A stretch of DNA of 64,000 nt from contig NMRA01000626.1 in NCBI GenBank assembly GCA_002633005.1, positions 95,358 through 159,357 on the forward strand, read 5' to 3'. The notes under the pieces were generated by a model, which saw only the letters and a list, made by a program, of their open reading frames with translations, had not been told where the DNA came from and did not search any database. The stretch is from Phoronis australis. Its lineage: Eukaryota > Animalia > Phoronida. Positions 53,399-64,000 of this stretch are shown here, piece after piece. How positions within the stretch are numbered: position 1 is the stretch's first letter; the number at the start of each line of letters is the position of its first letter. Position numbers and translations under genes: made by a program.

Positions 53399-55587
53399 CA
53401 GGGCTCGACATAACGAGCTGCAGGTCGCATTTGCGACCTGAAATTTGGAAATGCGAGCTGAGATTTTTGTCAGCTCGTATAAAGTCGCAAAATGCGACCT
53501 GGAATTTCCAACGAATGCGAGCTGAGTTTTTACAATTCTCAACAGATACCTGGCAAATACAAAGCAGCTCTTGTTAATCCAACCGTTATTTGGTTGTTGC
53601 CAAATACAAGTTCAAAAGAACACTAACCGAGAACAGGCCTCCCGATGACTTGTAAGCAAGTCGCGTGAACATGGGATATGCAGAATCGATCTTTGACGCG
53701 TTTCATTGGCTAACACTTTCGGCCACTTTTGTAAATTCCCGGATTCGCCGAAGAAAGTTTCGGGCCAATGCTTACACGTGATAAAACTTCACAAAACAAC
53801 GGTGTTTCTATTAATTCTTAAGCGATCAACTTACCAAACTTTGTGGTGGACAAAAATGCTTATTTTTCACATAAGATGTCCTTATTACATGTACCAAATA
53901 TCCACGACAATATCCCTGATATCGCACTGCGGCACCATTAGCGCGCAAGCGGTCCCGGCAGACAATCGTGACTTAGACTGAGGTATGCTTCTCCTTTTAT
54001 CGTATTAAGACAGCCAAAGTGAAAATGACAACCTTGTTAATCGCCAAACGACGGTCACGTCTTTACTTTCAATTTTCCAAGAAATTCTCAAACCCTTTAC
54101 TTGTTTCTGGGGCTACGTGCGCGAAATATGATTTGTCTTTCACACGTTGTTGCCAACGTAAAGTGTAGGCCTACTCCAGCGATTCAAGTGCGTGAACTCA
54201 CGCGTGCGCACCACTTCAAAGAACAGCGACAGTCCTAAATGAAAGAGTATACCGGCTTGGCTCTGGTTTATTTGAAAATGAACTCAGATTCCCAGCGGTT
54301 ATAAAAGACCCGATGTCCCGGGACCGATATAACCCAGAACTAACGTTATTCTGTTCCGATGTTTCCCGAGGTCGATGTTCTGTAAACCATGTATTCTATG
54401 CCCGTAGCCAGTTATTGCAACTAAACTGGCACTAGATGCGAAATTGTGGTTCCAGTTAGCGAACTTTTCATTCTTCTCTTTATACGCCCCCCCCCCCGGC
54501 AACTTTTCGCTCCCCGAACCACCGTCGCCGTAAAATGTTCAGACTTCTATAGAAACAACCTTGTTCCGGCTGAAGCGGGCAGTTAAAAAATCATTCCGGG
54601 TGGCTAAAAAGGGTACAATGTAGGTGGTAACGATATCCAGAAAGTCACCCCTACCAGATGGAGTTTGCCTCGCAAAATCGTATTATTATAACGTTTCTTA
54701 CCATTGCAGCGTTTTAATATCTTATTACCGCAAACACTGAGGTTAACGACTATGCTCACGCACAAGCCTACTCCCTACCTTTAAAGTGTTTCATAATAAG
54801 CGCTCACTGATCTATTAAAAGTCCTCCCTTAAATTTTGAGAATTTCCAATTAAGCGCCCACAGTTCAAGCTAGCGCCCATCATTGCGCACTACAAACGAC
54901 CGCGTGTGGTTTAAAATTGACACGCAGTTTATATGGTGTGTGTCACTTTCATTTTACACAACTTCAGTTTTCTAAAACGTCTTTTCACAACATGTAAAAA
55001 CCAAATCCCGGCTTTGTTTTATACCTCGGAAAGAAAATTAACACTAGTGACATGCGTGTCGTTTTGCGACTGACCTATTTTTCCCGTACTTGGAAGGTAT
55101 TGAAGAGCAAACTCGCGATTATCCGAGTTAGTTTGAATCGTTAACGACTTTGATGACGGCCAGTGAGAAGACCAGATCTAACAAAATCCCGGATACTTTT
55201 TCAACGGGCATTTTCTCCCTTTTCACATCGCAAATTTAGCTACTCGAATGCACGAGTCAGTTAGAGAGCACTGATTCAACTTTCACGCCGGCAACTTGCC
55301 TTGCGCTCTAGAGACTTTCAATGGCGGTCGTGAAGAACAGTAAGGCCGTACCTGCATGAATGAAGTCAATTTTGAAATCCGAAATTTGTGAGTATTTAAC
55401 GCTGCAGGTAAGAGCATAATCTAAACATTTTCCCGATGATCTAAAAAATCTGTTTTGGCGCGTAAAAATGGCGGGAAAATTTTGCGACCTGGCATTTACG
55501 AATGCGAGCTGGATTTTGAAAATGCGACCTGGGATTTTGGCTAGGTCGCAAAATGCGACCTGGCGATTTTATTAGCGTCGAGCCCTG
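53399..55587 (+). mobile_element. CAGGGCTCGAC element (hAT-like) nested in the pogo-like element
   Basis: 11-bp TIR CAGGGCTCGAC / GTCGAGCCCTG with the 5-bp TSD ATATA. TGCGACCTG/TGCGAGCTG subterminal repeats. Confidence 0.85.
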
Positions 55588-55801
55588 ATATAGTCACGCC
55601 CGTTTCTGTTACTTAGAACTGTCGCTATTCTCTTTTGATGTGTGACTTTGTAGTGTTGCACGCGCGCAAGTTCCCACACTTTGGAGTGCATGTTACCTTG
55701 ACACCAACATGTGATTGACAGGTGACTCGCACCTAGGCCCTACGCGCGTGCTGAATCCCACCGCTATCTTTGGCCATAAAAAACGAGATGCATATTGAAA
55801 G

Positions 55802-56319
55802 CACAGGCGTCCTTAGCTTCTGATCGTCCCCAATACACTACATATAATACTACAAGGTATGACACTCACGACTAGAAATTCCACGGGTGCTTCACTTCAG
55901 CCGTCCATAGCAAACGGGAATTGCCGGTTTGTCACGTAAAGTCACGATGTCGATAACTACACGTACCCGCCAGTAGAAAAACTATTGAGTACTTCCGTAA
56001 CTCACCGGCAATTTCCGTACCGTCCTTGACCTCGACGGGCCCAGGGTGAAAGTGTGTGGGGGCTTTTTGTGAACATTTTTGTTCTTTGACTGCGAATTTC
56101 TTACGAAGTGGCCGTAACAGGACACCGTGAATGGTATTGGGAGAAAGAACAATTGTTCATGGTTTGTTGAACCCCTGTTTTGTGTAAATTTATTGAGTTT
56201 TATGTTTGCTATGGACGGCTGAAGTGAAGCACCCGTGGAATTTCTAGTCGGTAGTGTCATACCTTGTAGTATTATATATGTAGTGTATTGGGGACGATCA
56301 GAAGCTGAGGACGCCTGTG
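55802..56319. mobile_element. 518-bp MITE with TIRs of about 115 bp and an 8-bp TSD (P- or hAT-like)
   Basis: CACAGGCGTCCT..CATAGCAAAC forms near-perfect inverted arms. TSD ATTGAAAG at 55794-55801 and 56320-56327. Confidence 0.9.
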
Positions 56320-58244
56320 ATTGAAAGAGGCTGTTATATTACTTGACGGCATTTCCAAGTCATGATTGTCAACCGACTGAGTCATTGCGCACTAACAACG
56401 GGACCGAACAGTGCCGCAGTGCGATATTGCAAGTGATATAAATAGGATAATCTGGACATCTTGCATGAAAAATAAATGTTTTTCTACCACGAAGTTTGGT
56501 AAGGTGATCGTCTATGAATTGAAGCATCGCTGTTTTGTAGCGTTTTATCACATATTTATACCGTGGCTCGAAATTTTATTCTTGATTGACGAGTGGCTCA
56601 CGGCCGCTTAACCCCGATTCTTGTCTTGGGCCTACTTCTTTGCCGAGCATGTTTGGCACAACGGCAAGAGCAATGCCGGGCAGTCAAGATAAAACAACAA
56701 GCCACAGAACCATACGCTGAAAATGTCATTGAGTCACGGAGTATCGACTATAAACATCCCAAACACAAAAAACGTCTGAATTAAGGTTTTCAAACTTTTA
56801 TTACAACCAATTTTAAAACTGCTCTCTGACTATGAACTTGGCAGCTAGTACGAGACTGTAACCATAAATTTGATGTCTGCTGTGACCTCTGCAACACGTG
56901 AAGCTTGCACGCGTGCACTTTAGCAAGATGAAGTAGTTGCAATCCAAGTAGAGGCTGCGTGGTCACTGGACGTCTGCGCGCTACAGGACTAAATAACAAG
57001 ACCGCAGGACGGCATGGGGCTATTACTCAGCAATTCTGTAAATTTAATAGTGAATAACTAATCTGAGGGCATGATAACCTTTGTTAGGATCATCCGTTGT
57101 TATGACATTTTTCCCGTCATGTGGCGACGTGACGATAACGCTCTTTGAAAAGTGCTACGCGTTCTGAGTAGGCCTACGTGTGTGGTGTAGGACTTAGATC
57201 ACGAGGTAAGATTAACCGCCCAGGGCGCTTGCCTGTCGTAATAAGCGCCCATGTTCGGTTAACCGTCCACCCTGGATTTTTTGAAGTTTCACGTTTAAGC
57301 GCCCGTGTCTGGTTAACCGCCCACCCCCGATTTTTTGGGTTTTCCAATTTAACTGCCCAGGGCGTTAACCCGAACGTTTACGGTATAATGTTTGCTCACA
57401 TAATGCATAGCATTCTATTCCACTAGTTAATGTTCTATTCCACTAGCCCCAAACCAACTTCACTTTTAGTACACACATATATGCTGTGGTTGTATTGTAC
57501 TTTGGTTATGATGAATGTTTTAGAAAAGTTTCCAGAGGGTTCGTTGTTACACGATTCAATGATACGAACCTAGCAATGATTCGAAGTTCGATTCAAAATA
57601 ATTTCCTTCCCCAAACTAGTTGTGTTTCAGTAGATTAGATTCTTGTGTTGTAAAAGACATCCTTTTCAAGCTTTGGCTGGTTCACATCGATTGCAGGCGA
57701 TATTTAAATTCCTTCCAGTTGCAGAAACCACTTTCAAGGAAAATGCTTTGACCAGTTTGGGCAGAATTGGAACATTTTGTTATTGATGTATTTATGTTTA
57801 GACCATCATGGCGTAAATTAGAGAGGATCTTACTGAATGTTATGCAGGACCTTATCGACTTGTTGGTTTATTTAATCAAATATCTACAAAATTGAAGTTT
57901 TTAATTCAATAAAAGTATGCTTTATTTCAAAGTAGAAAGCCTGTATTTTTTACTTTACACCAATCTGCTATGCATTAACTTACATGGCCATGTCTCTTAA
58001 TAAAAATTAGCTAAGGAAGAAAGGTACACCCATAACAAAACAATGGTATTGATAACATTCATGACCAAATTTCATTTGATATAAGTATTCAAGGTGAAAT
58101 CTCAAAAATGTTGTTACAGCTTTCTTAAGTTATCATTTCGTTTTTGTTTGATGCAAGTTTGAGTTTTTTCGTGAAAAATTTACGAGTACAAATTGCTTAA
58201 AGCATATTACAGGAAAGTTTTATATGAATCCGATAAGCCATTTC

Positions 58245-59431
58245 TGAGATATGAGGTTTGATCCTGCAGTAATCATAAGAATAAGTGTGAGATATGAGGT
58301 TTGATCCTGCGTAACCATAAGAATAAGTGTGAGATATGAGGTTTGATCCTGCAGTAACCATAAGAATAAGTGTGAGATATGAGGTTTGATCCTGCGTAAC
58401 CATAAGAATAAGTGTGAGATATGAGGTTTGATCCTGCTTAACCATAAGAATAAGTGTGAGATATGAGGTTTGATCCTGCGTAACCATAAGAATAAGTGTG
58501 AGATATGAGGTTTGATCCTGCGTAACCATAAGAATAAGTGTGAGATATGAGGTTTGATCCTGCTTAACCATAAGAATAAGTGTGAGATATGAGGTTTGAT
58601 CCTGCGTAACCATAAGAATAAGTGTGAGATATGAGGTTTGATCCTGCGTAACCATAAGAATAAGTGTGAGATATGAGGTTTGATCCTGCTTAACCATAAG
58701 AATAAGTGTGAGATATGAGGTTTGATCCTGCGTAACCATAAGAATAAGTGTGAGATATGAGGTTTGATCCTGCGTAACCATAAGAATAAGTGTGAGATAT
58801 GAGGTTTGATCCTGCTTAACCATAAGAATAAGTGTGAGATATGAGGTTTGATCCTGCTTAACCATAAGAATAAGTGTGAGATATGAGGTTTGATCCTGCN
58901 CAAAATTTTAAAGTTAGAATGACAAAGTAGATTAGTCATTCAATTAAGCAAGCTAGGTGACTCCATGAAATGTTTGTTATTTAAAGTTTTTTTGCAGATT
59001 TTGTTAATTATAATTTAAACTTTTGTAGTGTCTTACGAAGTTATACATATAGTGTTGACTGCCTCTAAAGTTCTGTATTGGGCTTGATGTTGGTTAATCA
59101 GGCACTGCTTTAGGGTTGAGGGCTGAAATACCAAGCCAGGACAAAAGTTCAAACCTGACGCAGCACTTTCTAAACTCGACGCGCATTTTCCAAACTCGAC
59201 GCAGCAAAATCCAAACTCGTTACAGCGTCGAGTTAAAACAGGCCGTGGAGAACACTGAAGTGTGAGATATGAGGTTTGATCCTGCTTAACCATAAGAATA
59301 AGTGTGAGATATGAGGTTTGATCCTGCGTAACCATCAGAATAAGTGTGAGATATGAGGTTTGATCCTGCTTAACCATAAGAATAAGTGTGAGATATGAGG
59401 TTTGATCCTGCTTAACCATAAGAATAAGTGT
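58245..59431. repeat. 42-bp minisatellite (about 15.5 + 4 copies) interrupted by an N and a transposon end
   Basis: Unit GAGATATGAGGTTTGATCCTGC(G/T)TAACCATAAGAATAAGTGT, with an N at 58900. The intervening 58901-59257 ends in GGAGAACACTG. Confidence 0.95.
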
Positions 59432-60319
59432 GTGTATTGAGCAAGAAATGTACAAACTACATTTTAACTTTGTTAAACAAAAGTATGGCATATCTTCTGA
59501 AATTAGAAATCCTGTAGAATTTCATTTTGACTTTTTACCATCAATTGGGTCGCGCGACCATGTTTGTTGTAAAATTTAATAAAAACAAATGTACATCGAT
59601 AGCAATGTCCAACAGAATCAATAACATGACCAAGTTTCATGGTTACAGTTTTCTTTTACAACTTTTTCATGAAAATCATAAAGTCCTGTATTTTGATAGC
59701 GCCTTGTCCAAAAGTTTACCAAACAGCGTTATGGAGAACACCGCATAAAACATGGTAACTGAAAGTTTCATACAAGTCCAATCAGCCATTTATGAGATAT
59801 GGTAATCTGAAGTTAGCCTAATTTGAACTTCTAGGGTCCATAACACATGATGTGCACATTCAAAATGAATCCTGGCATTTAATTTTCCCTGCTGATTCCA
59901 CTGTTTAGTGTTGGCATGACATTTACATAGAAGCAGATGATTACTAAGCTTATTAAGTAATACTTCAATGACAGACAATGAATGATGACTGAAGTCTTCA
60001 TGGCTTCTGTATGGCATCTTCTCAGGTTTTTCATATATAGGATGTACGCATTCTCATTTCCATGCTGCAGAGTGGAGACACCTGATTGTGGTCATACATT
60101 TTCTTGTACCAACTTTTTGTGTACATGGTGGTTTTTTAGTGTGCTAGTTTTCATCTTAAAGACAGGTTGTTTCAGAAACTGAAGGCAAATGTTGGTAATC
60201 CACCTCAGCGGAAACCGACCCTTGTTGTCAGATTACACATCTCGATTGATACATCCACATGTGGATGAAAATCCTTGTCGGATTACACAACTTGTAACGA
60301 CATGTGGATGAAGATGATT

Positions 60320-60731
60320 AGTGCCGTTTACACTACAAAAGTTGACACGGATCAGCTGACACAAAACGAGATGTTCCAGTGCATAAACGGAACTGACACG
60401 GAAATTGATACCGCAGTGACAACTTTTGCCACCCGTTTGTGAGGTGGGGCAATTTGCGCTGGAACATCTTGCTCCGTGTCAGTTATATGTCTAAACGTGA
60501 AACTGGGGCAAGGCGGAAAAGATCACCTCTAAAGCGCTTGCGCAAGACCTACATACGGACTCTCTGTCTCTGCAACTCCCGCTATTTGAAAACCTGTGCA
60601 TTCCACTCTCCAGTGTAAAACTTCCGTCTTGCCACAGTTAATGAAATTGCGTGTGTAAACGGCCACTTAACACCGATCAAGTTGCTCCGTGTCAGTTGCG
60701 CTGGATCAAAAGTTGATGTCTAAACGGGACT
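60320..60731. mobile_element. PIF/Harbinger-like MITE inserted in a short tandem repeat
   Basis: Termini AGTGCCGTTTACAC and GTCTAAACGGGACT. Both flanks carry CACATGTGGATGAA repeat units. The TSD is not clean. Confidence 0.55.
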
Positions 60732-61129
60732 CTTGTTGTCGAATTGCACATCTTGTATCCACATGTGGATGAAGATTGTTTGCCATTTATTGAGTTCATT
60801 CTCACGGACTTACCAATAAGTAGACTCTTCATTCTTTTTATTTAGCAGGTTGTTGTTCTGCTGGATACAAATGAAATTCAGGCATTGCACGCATTGTGCT
60901 ACGAGTTTTCCTACCACATTTTTTCTTTGTGATTGTGCTTTCCAAGCTTGTCAGTTCTTTTTCAGTTAGCCATATAAATATCCATTCTGCTATTTCAATC
61001 ATTTATGTAAGGTCTTAAAATGCAGAGCCAAAAAAATAATTAATATCTTGTCAAAACACAATTTTTAGATACGACTCGGGGCTTTTCTAATATGGCACAG
61101 GATTTTTAAACATGGTTAAGGGATTTTCA

Positions 61130-61404
61130 GGCATGCCTCATGTCATGGCATGCCTCATTTCATGGCATGCCTCATGTCATGGCATGCCTCATTTCATGGC
61201 ATGCCTCATGTCATGGCATGCCTCATGTCATGGCATGCCTCATGTCATGGCATGCCTCATGTCATGGCATGTCTCATGTCATGGCATGCCTCATGTCATG
61301 GCATGCCTCATGTCATGGCATGCCTCATGTCATGGCATGCCTCATGTCATGGCATGCCTCATGGCATTGCATGCCTCATGTCATGGCATGCCTCATGTCA
61401 TGGC
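61130..61404. repeat. 17-bp minisatellite GGCATGCCTCATGTCAT, about 16 copies
   Basis: Direct tandem array in the intron just upstream of the first KIAA0232-like coding exon. Confidence 0.95.
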
Positions 61405-61734
61405 TAGGGACTTCAAATTTGGCTTTGTTTAGATACGTAAAGGGAGAACATCTTAAAATTCATCTTATGTACTGTTTGATTAAACATCTGGTATATATAA
61501 TTATGTATGTTGTGAATTCAACGTTGTTTCCTTGGTGATTTATACTGTACATTGTGTATCTCTTGCAAATGTCAAGTTATGAATTCTAATGACTTCAGAT
61601 AAACCCTTCAGGATGTGGGTCTATTACTAAGTTCTGTGTCGTATGCTGCTTTCAATTGTGAATTTGTGTCACCCTAATTTTTTGCTTTAATGAGTGACAT
61701 ACTTTTGTTTACAGCCGGTCAAGAACACGTCTTG

Positions 61735-61944
61735 ATGAGATACCGTGTGGGCGCTATGTCCCGGGAAGCGGCCATGCCCAGTTCTGTTCAGAGCTGGCTT
61801 GGACAGGAACTAGAGACGAGGGGAATCGACGCTGTCGTCTACACACGCTACATTCTAAGCATACTGCAGCGAGACTCCCTTGATCTTGACTATATCGACT
61901 CGTACGCTGACGACCTGCCTATCAGAAAGGAAGTGAAAATGAAA
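61735..61944 (+). CDS. KIAA0232: KIAA0232-like protein, first coding exon (exon begins at 61715)
   Basis: SVQSWLGQELETRGIDAVVYTRYILSIL matches the KIAA0232 N-terminus as I recall it (VQTWLGQELEKCGIDAMIYTRYVLSLL). Acceptor tttacag at 61714 and donor gtaagc, phase 0. The start Met could be 61735, 61756 or 61774. Confidence 0.88.
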
Positions 61945-62329
61945 GTAAGCATGGTCATTTTGAGAATCCGAATGAAACTTTGCTTGCATTACCCAATGGA
62001 TTTAGTCTAAAATCGTATTGATACTAGAAAGTGTCAGGAAGTAGGACTTTGTTTGGTTATTGTTTGGTAATTTTAATCTATATTTTTTGTTAGAAATATC
62101 TCAAAACGCCTAGGTGCTGCAAAGGTCATGCCACCTAGCTGTGTTCGGAGTTCCTTTTTGGAAATGTGGCCGTATTTGTTGTGTTTTTGCTTTAGTTTTG
62201 AAAGTAGTACACAACGCAGTTACTGTAAGAATGCAAAATGACAAAAAGTATGGCAGGTTGCATCAGACATGCGCAGGCCGCTCATCCAGACCTGTTGCAC
62301 GAAACACCTTAAACCTTTTTGCCTATGAG

Positions 62330-62460
62330 CATGTACATGTAACATGTATACACAATTTGAGACCAAGGTGAGGAGGTTGAGAGCTGACTCATGTAATGGG
62401 GTGCATTTGGATATGAACCCACGACCTTGAGAACACAAGGCCACTAGGCCTCACTACCTT
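62330..62460 (-). mobile_element. tRNA-derived SINE-like fragment
   Basis: The minus strand has an A-box-like GGCCTAGTGG and a B-box-like GGTTCATATCC. Confidence 0.35.
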
Positions 62461-62648
62461 TAATGCAAAATGAGGTGGCAACCTGAAAACGGTCCTTATT
62501 TCCCGTAAGTCACAACAGGTGAACCTTGTGTTACGACCTTAACGCGACTCGAACACCTTTCACTGGGTTCATCAACCTATGTTTTGGTCTTAAATGCTGT
62601 GACGTCAATATTTTGTGTTTCTCAAACTAACTTGTTCATCATTCACAG

Positions 62649-62759
62649 AACAAAGGTAAAAAGAAGGGGAGGCCGCGGAAGTCCCAAGTTTACTCGGTTG
62701 ACTGTGAGGAGAGAAAGAAGACAGCTGCTGTAGAATGTCTGTTGTCGGTGACTGACGAG
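62649..62759 (+). CDS. KIAA0232: KIAA0232-like protein, coding exon 2
   Basis: Translates as NKGKKKGRPRKSQVYSVDCEERKKTAAVECLLSVTDE (compare the recalled EEMKKQAAVQCLRSASDE). Boundaries cacag and gtaac, phase 0/0. Confidence 0.88.
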
Positions 62760-63132
62760 GTAACAGTTGACTATTAGAATAATTAATACCTTCAATTTTT
62801 ACTTTATTCTTTTCACCATTTCAAATTGGTTCCTTGTTCTTTTGCTGCAAAATTTAAACTGGACACTTTCATATTCTTAATTTATGAACTCCTGTCCAAC
62901 AAAAACTTGAATATCTAGGTACATACATTGGTACGTTCTGTTTTTGTTCTGTGCTTTCATTGTCAAAACAGTTCTTATGCATTGATTACTATTTTGCAAT
63001 CACGGTGGTTACTATGCTCCTCTTTTGTTCAAGACGTTCTGGAGATAAGAGTTGGTACATGAGTGTGTTGTTATTTGTTCTCGTAGCATAAGTTTTAGCG
63101 TGTTCCTGATGTTGATTTACTCATTTTTCCAG

Positions 63133-63199
63133 GACTCTGGTATTGAAGACTTGGTTGAAGAACTGTGTGTGAAACTGAGGAACTTGAACAGCGACAAAG
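63133..63199 (+). CDS. KIAA0232: KIAA0232-like protein, coding exon 3
   Basis: Translates as DSGIEDLVEELCVKLRNLNSDK (compare the recalled SSGIETLVEELCSRLKDLQ). Boundaries ttccag and gtttgt, phase 0/1. Confidence 0.88.
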
Positions 63200-63772
63200 G
63201 TTTGTGTAGCATTGAACTTTTGTTCTTGACCCCACCTAACAGCGAAATCAGTTAGCTTTATGTTGACCCTTTACCCTGTTTGATGACCAGGTTGGTGAGG
63301 AAAAACTAGTCACCAGGAGTTTACACGGTGTGCCAGCAAAAGCTTTAAAACGGAAGTGGAAAGTTGCATGCACAACTACTTGGTACACTTAGTTTGTCCA
63401 ACGGGTAATGCTGGGATGTCTAGAGGACACCTGCTAGGACTCTAGTCTCACCTTGTCTTCCTCTGGACGGACAGCCACTGCCTCGGTGGTGGAAAAAATA
63501 GACGTGTGAGCATTTAGTTTTGTTACCATTTTTGATGCTTAAAATTGCTTGACCGCAATCAGTTTTTGTAGGTAAAATGTGAAAAGCATTTTGGGTACTA
63601 AGAGAAAATACCATAAAATTAAACGTTAAGAATCAAATTAAAACACTGCAAAATCAAGTTGAGTAAGCGATGTTTGTTAAGGATGGAACACAAAAATAAC
63701 TGGAATTTAAAGTGTTTGTGGTAGTTTATAAATTACTGACTTATTGTGCACATATTTTATTGACATTTTCAG

Positions 63773-63848
63773 AAAATTCGGAAAAGACTGGCTCAACAAC
63801 TAAGCGCACAATTTCAAAATCTGTTTCACCTGGTGACCCTACTCAGAA
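63773..63848 (+). CDS. KIAA0232: KIAA0232-like protein, coding exon 4 (gene continues beyond the window)
   Basis: Acceptor ttttcag and donor gtaagt. Open in phase 1: ENSEKTGSTTKRTISKSVSPGDPTQ. Confidence 0.7.
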
Positions 63849-64000
63849 GTAAGTGACTCATGCTCGACTGTTCAGTGATGTTATCATCTGGTCTGTTGGA
63901 GCAATAAAATGTGCTCTGAAATATCTCGAACAGAAGGGATTTAGTTTTATTGTCAGACTACAGTTTCTGAACGTATTACCGGCCTCTGAACTGAAGGGAA

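Larger units (their letters stand above)
52871..57383. mobile_element. pogo/Tigger-like non-autonomous element hosting two nested insertions
   Basis: 24-bp TIR CCGTAAACGTYCGGGTTAACGCCC with a TA TSD. Arrays of TTAACCGCCC/TAAGCGCCC subterminal motifs lie at both ends. Confidence 0.88.

Noticed and set aside
58197-58939. 222-aa and 239-aa repetitive ORFs
   Set aside because: They are by-products of a 42-bp tandem unit that is open in two frames. They are antisense within a probable intron and have no splice or homology support.
58245-59431. Possible CRISPR array (regular 42-bp period)
   Set aside because: The units are contiguous with no unique spacers, there are no cas genes, and the context is a eukaryotic intron.
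61112-61538. Cys/His/Met-rich repetitive ORFs suggesting a metal-binding protein
   Set aside because: All three frames give the same peptide because they translate the 17-bp minisatellite.

Overview
This is AT-rich, intron-containing animal genomic DNA, most likely from a marine invertebrate (lophotrochozoan-like; this is inference). It is not prokaryotic. Four host genes are supported. (1) The terminal exon of a CoA-dependent acyltransferase/condensation-domain-like gene (+, 8008-8720). (2, 3) Two complete tandem paralogous 3-exon genes on the minus strand (10121-12857 and 24131-26758) encoding secreted CE4 chitin-deacetylase-like proteins: signal peptide, an atypical 6-Cys chitin-binding-like module, a Pro/Thr linker and a compact catalytic domain. 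(4) The 5' part of a KIAA0232 orthologue (+, coding exons 61735-63848, running off the window), with probable non-coding exons about 20 kb upstream. The rest is largely transposon-derived. It includes two opposite-orientation Kolobok-type elements with THAP remnants and a KolX (P2X7-ballast-like) remnant, at least six CA..TG elements with 5-bp target-site duplications, a nested pogo/hAT/MITE stack, a Merlin-like MITE, LINE 3' ends, a minimal hammerhead ribozyme of the Penelope type, and several minisatellites. I found no CRISPR array and no clearly new multi-gene system. The best leads are the unusual deacetylase architecture, its convergent acyltransferase neighbour, and the transposon-derived RNA and protein modules. 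All calls were made by eye, without database searches.
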